DNA of 64,000 nt from a bacterium (GCA_919901565.1 CAKKPE010000014.1:37908-101907); one strand, 5' to 3'; shown: positions 1-9,491, counted from the first letter of the stretch. Made by a program: numbers and translations. The notes: generated from the sequence alone by a model not told the origin.

Positions 1-837
1 CTCAAAGGTCCAGTATCCGAAGACCATCATGGCCGCTCCGGTTGAGGCAAGGAGCACGGCATAAAACAGGGGGGTCCCTTCACCGGTATGGAAAAATGGC
101 CCCAGGGCCTCGGCCGCCCACATGCTCGGGAGCAAGGGCGAGGCGGGGGCCTGCATCTCGGCCAGAAACATGGTCAGGTTGGCAAACCACTCGGGATTGA
201 TCAGACGTTCCGGACGCATGAACCGAACCAGCATATAAAGGAGTCCGAAAATCAGGAACCCGAGGAAAACAAAGAGCGCCTTTCCCCGGCGTGCCGGGAT
301 AACCGACATCAGCAGTATGGCCAGCCATATGCCGATGCCCACGGGTATGGCCACAAAGAGCGTAAGTATGAACAGGAGCCAGGGATAATACCAGACGTTC
401 ACGTGGAACTGGAGCCCGAAGGCAAAGAATACGGGGATCCCGAAAAGCAGGACCATCCAGGAGGCGCTGATCAGGGTTTCGATCCACTTGGCTGCATATA
501 TTTTTCCTCTGGAGACGGGAAAAGAGAGCATCATCGGGAGTTCCTGCGAAAGGTAGAAACGGCTGATGGCCGTGACCATGCCGCTGAACATCAGGATAAA
601 GAAGCTGACCAGGATAAACAGGGAGAGTCCCTTCAAGGTGAGGATCCTCCCGGCATCCTGGGAAAGGCTCTGGAGACGGGACAAGGCCTTGCCAAGCAGG
701 ATAATACTCCCTCCCCAGAAGCCTCCTCCAAAGATCACGAGGAAAAAGGTTCTGAAGTAGAGGGCCCGGTCAAATCTCAGGATTCTGTTCTTGAATGCCC
801 ACCAGTGGGGCGCCAGTAGAATCAGGATCTCTTTCAT
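1..837 (-). CDS. Membrane/permease component of an ABC exporter (partial, runs off the window edge)
   Basis: Hand translation of the minus strand from ATG at 837 gives MKEILILLAPHWWAFKNRILRF... with several hydrophobic helices and stays open to position 1. It lies 18 nt downstream of the ABC ATPase gene. It is absent from the ORF track because it is truncated. Confidence 0.6.
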   Translation of the reverse strand, partial: MKEILILLAPHWWAFKNRILRFDRALYFRTFFLVIFGGGFWGGSIILLGKALSRLQSLSQDAGRILTLKGLSLFILVSFFILMFSGMVTAISRFYLSQELPMMLSFPVSRGKIYAAKWIETLISASWMVLLFGIPVFFAFGLQFHVNVWYYPWLLFILTLFVAIPVGIGIWLAILLMSVIPARRGKALFVFLGFLIFGLLYMLVRFMRPERLINPEWFANLTMFLAEMQAPASPLLPSMWAAEALGPFFHTGEGTPLFYAVLLASTGAAMMVFGYWTFE

Positions 838-855
838 GGTTTTTCCACCTCGTGA

Positions 856-1608
856 CTACAGTATCTTGATCAGGTCCATCATCTCTTCGCCGCCGGTGAG
901 GTGGAGAAAAACCTCCTCCAGACCTTTGCCGCTCATGCTGGCCTGCTGACGGATCTCCTCGGAGGTCCCTTCCGCAATCAGCCTCCCCTTCAGGATGATC
1001 CCCATCCGGTCGCACATCTTTTCGGCGATCTCAAGGATATGAGTGGACATGAGGATGGTCATCCCGTGGTCCCTGGAAGACTGCATGATCTCCCTCAGAA
1101 GCCTCGCCCCCTTGGGATCCAGACCCACCGTGGGCTCGTCCAGGATCAGGATCTTCGGTTTCCGGAGGAATGCCGAAACCATGCAGAGGCGCTGTTTCAT
1201 CCCGTGCGAGAAGTTGCCGATGAGTTCATCCTGCCATTTCTCGAGTTCAAATAGTTTCAAGAGTTCCTGACTCCGATCCTTTAAGGTCTGCTCATCCAGT
1301 TCATAGAGCCCCGCAATGAAACGGAGGAACTCCCATGCGGTCAGCTTTTCATAGAGGTACGCCCGGTCAGGGACATAGCTGATCATCTTCTTGGCCGGAA
1401 TAGGATTTTCCCGGATGTCATACCCGCCGATCCTGATCGTCCCGGATGTGGGCTTCAGAAGCCCCATGATCATCTTGATGGTCGTGGTCTTGCCGGCGCC
1501 GTTGGGCCCGAGAAGACCGTAGATCTCCCCCTCCCGGAGTTGCAGACAAAGATCGTTCACGGCCGTATGCCCCTGGTACTGTTTGACAACATGATCGATG
1601 GTGATCAT
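856..1608 (-). CDS. ABC transporter ATP-binding protein
   Basis: Walker A GPNGAGKTT, Walker B LILDEPTVGLD, and an ABC signature region. Confidence 0.9.
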   Translation of the reverse strand: MITIDHVVKQYQGHTAVNDLCLQLREGEIYGLLGPNGAGKTTTIKMIMGLLKPTSGTIRIGGYDIRENPIPAKKMISYVPDRAYLYEKLTAWEFLRFIAGLYELDEQTLKDRSQELLKLFELEKWQDELIGNFSHGMKQRLCMVSAFLRKPKILILDEPTVGLDPKGARLLREIMQSSRDHGMTILMSTHILEIAEKMCDRMGIILKGRLIAEGTSEEIRQQASMSGKGLEEVFLHLTGGEEMMDLIKIL

Positions 1609-1649
1609 AAAACCTCCATTATCTGACGGCTTCGTAAAAAGCCTAAAAA

Positions 1650-1762
1650 CTCCCTCTCCCTTGATGGGGACCAGGGTGGGGGTGAGGGTGAGGGTGAGAA
1701 ATGCTGTTTCAGCCTGTTACACCCCCCTCCCCTTCATCCCCTCCCACCAGGGGAGGGGAAAT
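1650..1762. repeat. G/C-rich hairpin repeat cluster (GGGGAGGGG / GGTGAGGG words)
   Basis: It contains ctccctctcccttgatgggga...gggtgagggtgagggtgag and cccctcccaccaggggagggg. Related hairpins occur at 40046-40086 and 56753-56820. Confidence 0.6.
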
Positions 1763-1769
1763 ATGACTT

Positions 1770-3278
1770 TTACGAGACCTCCAAAACCTCGATCCTGATC
1801 TGTCCGATCTGATGGATAAAAGCGAGAAGGGTTTCCATGTCGCCCGTGACAAACCTGATCCGTGCGGCGCTGGCCGGCCATTCTCCCCGTGCAGGGTCTA
1901 CGGCCACCCACCGTCCGATCCAGACCTCAACCCATGTGTGAAAATAAAAGACCCCCCGGACCGGGACCAGGCCTGCTACCATGCGGGTCGGAAGGCCTGC
2001 GGCCCTGGCCGCGGCCGTGTACAAAACCGTATGCTCCAGGCACTCACCGACCCTAAATTTCTGCGCATCCAAAGCCGTGGGAACCTGGGTGCTCGGCTGT
2101 GCCTGGATCCAACCGTACATCCTTCCGGTGAAGATCCCGGCGACCATGGCCGCATCGGTCAAACCGCCCCTCACAGCCTTTGAAAAATTCTTTATTTTAG
2201 GATCATCGCTCTGCACCCACGGCGTCGGCTCAAGGTACGGTTTCAGGTCTTTCCCTGCGTAGGGAATATCATAAGTATCCTTTTTAACTTCTTCCTCGGT
2301 ATAACGCCGGATCTCGACCTGATCTCCCTTGAGCGTCTGATAGTCTCCATTGAGCACGGGAAATTGCGCAGGATCGATACCGGAGAGCCTGACCTTCATC
2401 TCCTTCACCTTGGACGGTTCGGAGATAACGATATTGCTCTTGACCATTGGAAGCATCAGGTAATCAAACAGAACGCCTTTTTTCACAGTCGATTTTGCAA
2501 TCACCTCGGACTCGTACATCACAAGAATCCCTGTGGGAAGTTCCTCACGCAGCATGACCCCGGCATCGCTCATCCAGAACCTGTCCAGGGTCCCGGGATA
2601 AGATAGGTTGATCCGGTATGCCGTATAGACCTGAATGCCAGACTTTACAGGGATCATATCCTCCACCTCGGCCTCTCCCTGAACCACATTCAGGGTCAGG
2701 AAATCAAGCACGGGGAGCTGAACCTTCCTTCCCATGACGAGCCCCTGTTCTAAAAGGGCGGCCTTGACCGTCAGCGGGAAATACGGAGGTTCCTTCATCT
2801 CCCTGTTGACGGCCCGGTGCTCTCCGCCTTTCTCCATGAACATGACCATGAGACCGTCTTTAAATTCACCGTGCGCCTTGTACGACGACCCTTCGACATC
2901 ATTCTCATAGTCGAATGACTTGATCCGGTAGGCGGCATCCGACAGGCACCGGAGGTCATCCCTGATCTTTTCAATTTTTCCATTCAGGTCCAGGGTCATT
3001 TCCGCATGCTGGACAAAACGGTATTCGTTCCCGATCTTTTCGGTGGTCAGGTGCATATGGCCGATCTTTTCCTTGTAATTTCCGGCCTCTGATTTGTGGG
3101 GGAGGTAAAGACCGAACCACTGGTCATGTATCCTGAAGAAATCGCCGCTGATTTTCTGTATCGGTGAGATCGCTACGCCGGAGACATAATGGCGGTAAAG
3201 AAGCAGGGAAAAAACAAAGATCCAAGCAGCGACAATCCCCCAGGTCAGCAAACGAAAGGACCGAACCGACATAAGCAT
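1770..3278 (-). CDS. Transglutaminase-like domain membrane-anchored protein
   Basis: N-terminal TM helix. The C-terminal GECLEHTVLY...YFHTWVEVW...WVAVDP arrangement resembles the Cys-His-Asp triad of the transglutaminase-like superfamily. Confidence 0.75.
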   Translation of the reverse strand: MLMSVRSFRLLTWGIVAAWIFVFSLLLYRHYVSGVAISPIQKISGDFFRIHDQWFGLYLPHKSEAGNYKEKIGHMHLTTEKIGNEYRFVQHAEMTLDLNGKIEKIRDDLRCLSDAAYRIKSFDYENDVEGSSYKAHGEFKDGLMVMFMEKGGEHRAVNREMKEPPYFPLTVKAALLEQGLVMGRKVQLPVLDFLTLNVVQGEAEVEDMIPVKSGIQVYTAYRINLSYPGTLDRFWMSDAGVMLREELPTGILVMYESEVIAKSTVKKGVLFDYLMLPMVKSNIVISEPSKVKEMKVRLSGIDPAQFPVLNGDYQTLKGDQVEIRRYTEEEVKKDTYDIPYAGKDLKPYLEPTPWVQSDDPKIKNFSKAVRGGLTDAAMVAGIFTGRMYGWIQAQPSTQVPTALDAQKFRVGECLEHTVLYTAAARAAGLPTRMVAGLVPVRGVFYFHTWVEVWIGRWVAVDPARGEWPASAARIRFVTGDMETLLAFIHQIGQIRIEVLEVS

Positions 3279-3563
3279 TTCCTACTGCGGCCATGAATGG
3301 CCTGCCTAAAACCTGCAGCAGCCCATTCAATATCATGACAATTCAATATTGTTAATAACCTTTATTATTAAATAATTATATCATATCATCAATGTAATAC
3401 AAGAGGTTTTTTAAACTCATTGAAAAACGCTGGATATCCTATGCATTTAAGCACAAATCTTTATTGACATAGCATCATCCTTTGCCTATGATTCATGATG
3501 ATTATCCAATCAAAGGGCGATGACGGTCGTTGCTTCTATATCTATTACAGGAGAAAAACGCCT

Positions 3564-3866
3564 ATGAATATCAAACGCGGTATTACCCTGATCATTCTCT
3601 CCGCATTGCTTCTCTTTCACATCGGCTGCGCCTATGTCCAGGTCAAGACCCCTTATGATGCCGACCTGAACCAGACCGAACTCGGGACCAAAATCGGGAC
3701 CGCCAGCGCCTACAGCCTTCTCTGGCTCGTCTCCTGGGGGGACGCCAGCTACGCCGCCGCAGCAAAGAACGGTGACATCAAGGTCATGAGACATGCGGAC
3801 CAGGAAGTCCATCAGATCCTCTTCGGCCTCTATTCCAAATGGACCGTGGTGGTTTACGGGGATTGA
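3564..3866 (+). CDS. TRL-like small lipoprotein
   Basis: ATG at 3564 is preceded by aggaga. Lipobox-like LLFHIGC is present. The GDASYAAAAKNGDI...VVVYGD C-terminus is typical of the TRL family. Confidence 0.7.
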   Translation: MNIKRGITLIILSALLLFHIGCAYVQVKTPYDADLNQTELGTKIGTASAYSLLWLVSWGDASYAAAAKNGDIKVMRHADQEVHQILFGLYSKWTVVVYGD

Positions 3867-3887
3867 TCAGACCGGGGAGCATGTCAT

Positions 3888-4244
3888 ATGCCGTATAAAA
3901 AAACCCTTATCCTTGTATTGTTGTTCGCCTTGACGGCCGGGTGTGCGGGCATAACCGGGAGGGCCGGGAACCGCGTCCTGAATGGTTATCTGTACACCCA
4001 TGTCCGCATCCCCTATACCATCAACATCGAGAACACCCCTGTCCCGGCCTCTCACGCCGGAGGGAATATCTTCCAGATCAATGAGCCCTTTTCCGGCTAC
4101 GGTTTCTATGCCAAGCTCAACTCCAATGCCATCGGCGACATCGCACAGAGGCACGGGCTGAAAAAGGTCTATTTTGCCGACATCGAGATCTTCAGCATAC
4201 TCGGCATATGGAGGGATGAAACCATCCATATCTACGGAGAATAG
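3888..4244 (+). CDS. TRL-like small lipoprotein (paralog)
   Basis: Lipobox LTAGC, GYLYTHVRIPYT, and a C-terminal IHIYGE. It is tandem with the previous gene. Confidence 0.7.
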   Translation: MPYKKTLILVLLFALTAGCAGITGRAGNRVLNGYLYTHVRIPYTINIENTPVPASHAGGNIFQINEPFSGYGFYAKLNSNAIGDIAQRHGLKKVYFADIEIFSILGIWRDETIHIYGE

Positions 4245-4309
4245 AACCCCGCTGTCTCTCTTCGATTTTCCGGTTCTTTTGGAATGGATATTGAATCTCA
4301 TCGTCAACC

Positions 4310-4948
4310 ATGGATATAAACCACTTCAAACACCTACCCATCATGGGCATCCTTCGCGGGATCACCGAGGAGATGGTCGAACCCATTGTCGAAACCGCAC
4401 AATCCGCCGGTCTGGAAACCCTTGAGATCACCATGGACACACCGCGTGCGGCAAACCTGATCAAGCGTATGATCCGGGCCGCCCAGGGCAGGATGACCAT
4501 CGGTGCCGGGACCGTTCTGACCATGGATGACCTGCATTCGGCCCTTGATGCCGGAGCAACCTTCATCGTCCTCCCCACCATCGTCGATGAAGTCGTGGCG
4601 TACTGTTCCCAAAACCGTATACCGGTCTTTCCAGGGGCATTGACACCGAATGAGGTCCACAGGGCCTGGGCATCGGGAGCCTACATGGTCAAGGTCTTCC
4701 CGGCCAATCTTTTCGGACCGGAATACTTCAAGGAAATCAAAGGGCCTTTCCGAAAGATCGAACTCCTTGCCTGCGGCGGCGTCACCGCAGAAAACATTCA
4801 GTCGTTTTTTTCGTGCGGAGCATCAGGCGCCTCATTCGGCGGCAGTATCTTCAAGCCGGAATGGCTGAAAAACAGGCAATACCCCCTGATCGGCGAATCC
4901 TTAAAAACCCTGCTCAACCGATTCCTGGGGTGGAGGAACCAGGCGTGA
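4310..4948 (+). CDS. eda: KDPG/KHG aldolase family protein
   Basis: ILRG...LETLEIT...GAGTV...MVKVFPA...ACGGV pattern of 2-dehydro-3-deoxyphosphogluconate aldolases. Confidence 0.85.
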   Translation: MDINHFKHLPIMGILRGITEEMVEPIVETAQSAGLETLEITMDTPRAANLIKRMIRAAQGRMTIGAGTVLTMDDLHSALDAGATFIVLPTIVDEVVAYCSQNRIPVFPGALTPNEVHRAWASGAYMVKVFPANLFGPEYFKEIKGPFRKIELLACGGVTAENIQSFFSCGASGASFGGSIFKPEWLKNRQYPLIGESLKTLLNRFLGWRNQA

Positions 4949-5060
4949 AGAACAGCATATCTGATAAATTTACTTCAGTGGATTTGACGGATCTCCCATT
5001 GCACCGTATACTCAAGTCATGAATCCTGATAAGGCTGATAATGCTTATGTTTGTATGCCC

Positions 5061-5080
5061 GTTGTGATTTAAATCACAAC
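5061..5080. promoter_or_regulatory. Perfect 20 bp palindrome with a CRP/FNR-type TGTGA-N6-TCACA core
   Basis: The sequence is gttgtgatttaaatcacaac. It lies about 100 nt upstream of the ORF starting at 5182. Confidence 0.5.
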
Positions 5081-5181
5081 GTTTTTCAAGGATTGGGGTA
5101 TTTTGGTTATAACTAAACTCGTTCAGGTTCCGCTCAATAAAGTGTTGCATGTTTGATCAGTATTTATAAGGAGGGAGAACG

Positions 5182-5616
5182 ATGGGTACTCAAGTCAAGA
5201 TGGAAAAAAAAGAAGATCTTTCCAGAATGATTGGAAGATGGAAGGAAAAACAGGAGGATACGCGCAGGAGCGCCAAGGAACTCCATGAAAAGAGCAAAAG
5301 CTATTTCGTCAGGATCATCGCAAATGCAATCCGGCGGGACGCCGAAAAGCATGAGGAGATCCTCCAGTCCGTTCTGGACTGCCTGGACTGTACGGTGACC
5401 ATTACACCGGATGAACTCGGTGAACTGTCGAACCTGCTGAGTTCGCATCTTGAAGTGGAAAAAAAGACAGAGGAACTGGCAGAAGTCGCATTGAAGAAAC
5501 ACCAGCACTATATCACGACCTATCTGATGAAATATCTTATCGAGGATGAGAAAAAGAACTTTGTCCTTATGGATCGGCTGAATGAATTCAAAAGCAAGCT
5601 GTATCCCTATGGCTGA
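5182..5616 (+). CDS. Hypothetical helical, charged protein
   Basis: The ORF has an upstream aaggaggga RBS. No family was recognised. Confidence 0.5.
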   Translation: MGTQVKMEKKEDLSRMIGRWKEKQEDTRRSAKELHEKSKSYFVRIIANAIRRDAEKHEEILQSVLDCLDCTVTITPDELGELSNLLSSHLEVEKKTEELAEVALKKHQHYITTYLMKYLIEDEKKNFVLMDRLNEFKSKLYPYG

Positions 5617-5653
5617 TGGTTCGCAATGTCCCCCGTGCCACCCTCCAAGGTCC

Positions 5654-5681
5654 CCTCTCAAACAGAGAGGAGATTTTTTTT
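5654..5681 (+). terminator. Putative intrinsic terminator
   Basis: cctctc-aaaca-gagagg stem followed by a T8 run, about 40 nt after the stop at 5616. Confidence 0.45.
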
Positions 5682-5731
5682 GACGGTACTCACCCTCACG
5701 TCCTGCCATCCAAGCTACATGTTAGGTTTTT

Positions 5732-6172
5732 TCACTTAATGTTTACCATAGTTTCAATATTTTCAAAGGTGTTTCCAGTCAATTTGTAACTCCCAATCCG
5801 CAGTAAAGAAATGTCTCCCTGTATTTCTAATCCAAACGAAGTTAAATCAATGTGAGTTATTAACATATGAGACTCGTCTTCTTTTGAACCCTGTAATATC
5901 ATTTTATCACTTAAGTAGATTGCCATCATTTTACCGTTATGAAGAACTCTAATGTTCTCATCTCTTGAAAGCCCTTCCTCAACAATATAAAACCACTTAT
6001 TGTTTTTATCACGAACATTCAACCATAATTTTGGTGGGTCACCCCTACCGATTAAAAATACTGGATGTCCATCAACCGCGATAGGAATTTTACCGTTTAT
6101 TATGGTATTCCCACAAAGAGTCAGCTTTTCAAACGGTTGATAATTACTAGGCGTTATTGCTTTGTCAATCAT
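5732..6172 (-). CDS. Hypothetical soluble protein (146 aa)
   Basis: AT-rich ORF starting 5 nt downstream of the preceding minus-strand ORF, in an operon-like arrangement. No family was recognised. Confidence 0.5.
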   Translation of the reverse strand: MIDKAITPSNYQPFEKLTLCGNTIINGKIPIAVDGHPVFLIGRGDPPKLWLNVRDKNNKWFYIVEEGLSRDENIRVLHNGKMMAIYLSDKMILQGSKEDESHMLITHIDLTSFGLEIQGDISLLRIGSYKLTGNTFENIETMVNIK

Positions 6173-6177
6173 TTTGA

Positions 6178-6549
6178 TTAGTCCTGTTTATGTTTTTCGT
6201 AAAATGCTTCAATCTTCTTCATTGTTTTCTTTTTGTCAGAGGGTACGCGCCAGTTTATAAGTTCAAAAATAATTACGAGGGTGATTAGTATTACGAATGT
6301 GATCCACTCAAGTGTTGACACAGAAGTGGCCGCACTAAAATAATTGTGATCAATCAGTTTTGCGATCAATGTAACAAAGAAAACTCCGGTTCCTGCAAAA
6401 AAGCTGTGTGCCCAAATTGCAACAAAACTAGGTATTTTTGTTAAACGCAAAAAATCACCATCATGAAGAAGGTATGGCGTTTCACGCGTCTGAACCACCT
6501 CACTTCGATTAATGACTATGGTCTCTGTTTTAACTGTTTGATCGACCAT
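6178..6549 (-). CDS. Hypothetical membrane protein (123 aa, about 2 TM helices)
   Basis: Hydrophobic stretches FVAIWAHSFFAGTGVFFVTLIAKLI and WITFVILITLVIIFELINW, with a basic C-terminus. Confidence 0.5.
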   Translation of the reverse strand: MVDQTVKTETIVINRSEVVQTRETPYLLHDGDFLRLTKIPSFVAIWAHSFFAGTGVFFVTLIAKLIDHNYFSAATSVSTLEWITFVILITLVIIFELINWRVPSDKKKTMKKIEAFYEKHKQD

Positions 6550-6607
6550 TTACGTTGCCATTAGAAACCTAACGGTTTGAATGCTTACGTCTTCTTTGCT
6601 TGATCAT

Positions 6608-7625
6608 GGGACACCTCCTGAGTTATTAATAATACACTCTTAAGAAAGTGTCCAGAAATACTCTACCACCTCAGGTTTCACTATCGTATCATAGGGGGCT
6701 GGAGCTATCTGCACGGCATGTTGCACCAGGCGATAGAACAGCTTACCCCTTGATGCGGACTTACGTCGATTAAATCGGAACGTAAATTCATCGAGGTAAT
6801 AGTCCAAATGCTCATGACCGATTGCTCCCTGATGAGTTCCAAGGAGCCACCGCTTCAAAAGGGAAACTACTCGATGGACACGCGGCAGCAAATGCTCGCC
6901 TTCGGGCTGACGACGTTGGACATGGCGGGCGTGAACGTAACCTTCCATGCCGAGATAGGCATTCAGTCCATCGGTTTTAACCGTACTGCCGGGCTCTATG
7001 GCTTGCTTAATAAACCCATGCAAACTTGCTTTGGTCACATCAGGAATGCGACGAAGCCGAATGCGCCCGATGCCTTTGCCGTCCTCTTCGGCAGCCACAA
7101 TAATCAGAGCTTTTTCCTCGGTCAAGCGGCCAACGACGCCTTCTTCATCGCCGCCCCAGTACGTTTCGTCTACCTCGACCGTTCCTTTCAGTCGATCTCG
7201 GCCAGGACGAACCATGGCCCGTCTCAGTTTGTGCAACAGCGCCCAAGCAGTTTCATAGCTGCCAAGCCCAAGTACCCGTTGCAATCCTTGAGCACTCATC
7301 CCGTTCTTCTGGCTTGTAATGTACCACATGGCACGGAACCACACGGTCAGCGGCAGGTGACTGTCTTGGAAAATCGTGCCTGCTGTGACCGATACCTGAT
7401 ATTTGCAATCCCCACACTTCCACAAACCACGTTTCATCGGCCAAGACGTTTTACCGCTACAACGAGGGCAGATAAAGCCATCGGGCCAGCGAAGAATAAA
7501 CAAGTATTGTCTGCACGCCTGTTCACTGGAAAATCGCCTCTCCAGTTCCGGAAGAGTATGAGGATAGTCTTCACTCATGCCTCACATACTACCGATAGTA
7601 GTAGGTTGAGTCAAGTGGATATCCC
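6608..7625 (-). mobile_element. IS1595-family insertion sequence (the 6608 boundary is uncertain)
   Basis: Single transposase ORF. The end at 7604-7625 (ggttgagtcaagtggatatccc) matches the MITE TIR at 30274-30297 at 19 of 22 positions. The other end (gggacacctcctgag at 6608) is only weakly similar. No flanking 8 bp duplication is seen. Confidence 0.65.
6640..7578 (-). CDS. IS1595 family (ISXO2-like) transposase
   Basis: N-terminal zinc ribbon CPRCSG...CGDCKYQVSVTAGTIF. DDE-type region with VEVDETYWGG and TDGLNAY. Confidence 0.9.
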   Translation of the reverse strand: MSEDYPHTLPELERRFSSEQACRQYLFILRWPDGFICPRCSGKTSWPMKRGLWKCGDCKYQVSVTAGTIFQDSHLPLTVWFRAMWYITSQKNGMSAQGLQRVLGLGSYETAWALLHKLRRAMVRPGRDRLKGTVEVDETYWGGDEEGVVGRLTEEKALIIVAAEEDGKGIGRIRLRRIPDVTKASLHGFIKQAIEPGSTVKTDGLNAYLGMEGYVHARHVQRRQPEGEHLLPRVHRVVSLLKRWLLGTHQGAIGHEHLDYYLDEFTFRFNRRKSASRGKLFYRLVQHAVQIAPAPYDTIVKPEVVEYFWTLS

Positions 7626-8776
7626 TATTTCCTATTAACCCATTTCTTCTCAGGTTTCAGAAAGAGAGCCAGCTGATACAGTAACAGAAATCCGATAGTT
7701 GCTGATTTCCGAGAGAACTGATCTGGCTTAACTTCACCGTGTGCCATGGAGTGCCGAGACATTTGTGCTTCTTGCCCGTCCTTGAATTCGGCAAAATAGA
7801 CATTTTCAAGATAATGACGGAAGCTCTCTGGCAACAAGTAGGTGGCCGCGTGTCGGTCATTAGCATCTTTCTCGACTACTGCCTTAGCCAGATTTGAACC
7901 GGTTGGACGGTGCTTGATGCCGACGACTCTGCGATATGCTCGCATTATGCCCTCAATTCTGGGGAATAGAATGGAGGCAGTGCTGATAAAATCATTATTT
8001 AGGTATCTGTCTGCAGCACGTTCGATTAACTCGACGTGGTCTGAGATATACGGGTTGTCTCGCCAAACAGCCCTGGACTCTTCAAGCAGGCACTTGGTTT
8101 CTGTGGCGATTTCGTCAAGGAGGTCATCAAGTTGCCAGCCAGCCCTCACATGCTCAATCATCCTCTTCAGTAGCGGCTGCCCCAGATAGATAAACGGAAA
8201 CCATTTCTGCTTAATAAATTCTTTCCAGTCCTGCTCGGAAATCTTAAACAGATCCTGAAAAAGCAAATAAGCGTAGTATTGGCCGAGTGCCACCTCCAGA
8301 TCGTAGTTCCGCGGTACGGGATTGTGTCCTGTCGGGTTGAGGTCATAATATAAACCCTTGCGCCAACCGACAGAGAAAAGCACAGCGATTCCTGCATCAT
8401 CGGGAATATCGACCCCCTCAAATCGCATGCGATCGATATCAATAACATCCTTCAGGTATATGAAGTCCCCAGCCTTGTCCTCACGCCTGGTTCTCATAAG
8501 TAAGCTTGTCTTCAGTTCATTAACATAGATTGTCCCGGTTCGGTCTCTACGTATGATTGCTAGGAGGTGATCCACAACGGATGGGGTGATGCCAGCGGAC
8601 TGTGGAAGCATGGATATGAGTGACTGTGGGATTCCTTCGAGACGGGAGATGAACAGATCCCCGTCTTCGGAAGACACAAACTCCCTTACGCTCACTTGCA
8701 CAGTGCCTCCTCCCCGAATAGCCGTCATTGAATAGCCAGCCGGAAGGTTATCGCCGAACTTTACCTCGTAAGGCAT
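7625..8776 (-). CDS. Hypothetical protein with a C-terminal HEPN-like Rx4H motif
   Basis: 383 aa ORF. The motif SRHSMAHG (nt 7736-7756) lies about 40 aa from the C-terminus and is followed by a hydrophobic helix. No other domain was recognised. Confidence 0.55.
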   Translation of the reverse strand: MPYEVKFGDNLPAGYSMTAIRGGGTVQVSVREFVSSEDGDLFISRLEGIPQSLISMLPQSAGITPSVVDHLLAIIRRDRTGTIYVNELKTSLLMRTRREDKAGDFIYLKDVIDIDRMRFEGVDIPDDAGIAVLFSVGWRKGLYYDLNPTGHNPVPRNYDLEVALGQYYAYLLFQDLFKISEQDWKEFIKQKWFPFIYLGQPLLKRMIEHVRAGWQLDDLLDEIATETKCLLEESRAVWRDNPYISDHVELIERAADRYLNNDFISTASILFPRIEGIMRAYRRVVGIKHRPTGSNLAKAVVEKDANDRHAATYLLPESFRHYLENVYFAEFKDGQEAQMSRHSMAHGEVKPDQFSRKSATIGFLLLYQLALFLKPEKKWVNRK

Positions 8777-9019
8777 AGCGAAATACCTCTATGATTCCAA
8801 CGTATAGCGTTTTATCCGTAGTGCCGGAGGCATTGCGGATAAAACGTGTTGGACTGAACCGCTCTACGAGTCGTAGATCTGCAAATAATCGTTAAGTATT
8901 CGTTTATCAAATTCTATGGGATTTGTAAAGGGAATTGTGGCGGCAAGAGTAAGGAGCAGACTGTGCTGATGTAAAGCCTATCCTTTAACACATAAACGCT
9001 GTTACCTATTGAAGTCGGC

Positions 9020-9298
9020 TTAATAACAAACATCATGACTGCCGATCTCTATTAAATACACTCCCCCATCATCGAGTACTTTGAAAACGATCCTGTCTGA
9101 GTAACTGATAGAAAAGGCATAATAATCTCTAAGTTCGCCCTTCAGTTTATGGGTCTTTAACCTTTTATCAAATACATTCTCTCGAAAAATCTCAAGCCTA
9201 TTCTTAATCCGCTGCCTTTCAGTGTCCGTGAGTTGATTCTTATATTTTTTGAATTTCTTTTCGAATGCCGCGTCATAAGAGATGTATTTAGGTTTCAT
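9020..9298 (-). CDS. Type II toxin, RelE/YafQ-like mRNA interferase
   Basis: 92 aa. THKLKGELRDYYAFSISYSDRIVF...IGSHD is typical of RelE/StbE/YafQ toxins. Confidence 0.8.
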   Translation of the reverse strand: MKPKYISYDAAFEKKFKKYKNQLTDTERQRIKNRLEIFRENVFDKRLKTHKLKGELRDYYAFSISYSDRIVFKVLDDGGVYLIEIGSHDVCY

Positions 9299-9305
9299 AC
9301 AATTC

Positions 9306-9491
9306 TTAGATACTATCTATAAATTCCTTGGCAGAAACTCTCTTGACCTTGCCAACCCTTAAATTTTTCTCCGCCTCATCAATACGGAGCAAAAAATTCT
9401 GACGCTTTACTGTTCTAAACAATTCTTTTAAGATCCTGTATTCTTCCTTTGGGAGTGTTACAGTCTCTCCCTCGATAACCGGTTTACCCAT
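9306..9491 (-). CDS. Putative cognate antitoxin
   Basis: 61 aa ORF 7 nt upstream of the toxin gene, in the classic antitoxin-toxin order. Confidence 0.55.
   Translation of the reverse strand: MGKPVIEGETVTLPKEEYRILKELFRTVKRQNFLLRIDEAEKNLRVGKVKRVSAKEFIDSI

Noticed and set aside
88-819. 243 aa plus-strand ORF at the window start
   Set aside because: It is highly charged, low-complexity and unlike any known protein. The opposite strand encodes a convincing polytopic membrane protein downstream of the ABC ATPase.
1598-1798. 66 aa ORF encoding ...VGVRVRVRN...
   Set aside because: It is a translation artefact of the G-rich hairpin repeat.
6808-7638. 276 aa plus-strand ORF
   Set aside because: It is antisense to the IS1595 transposase.
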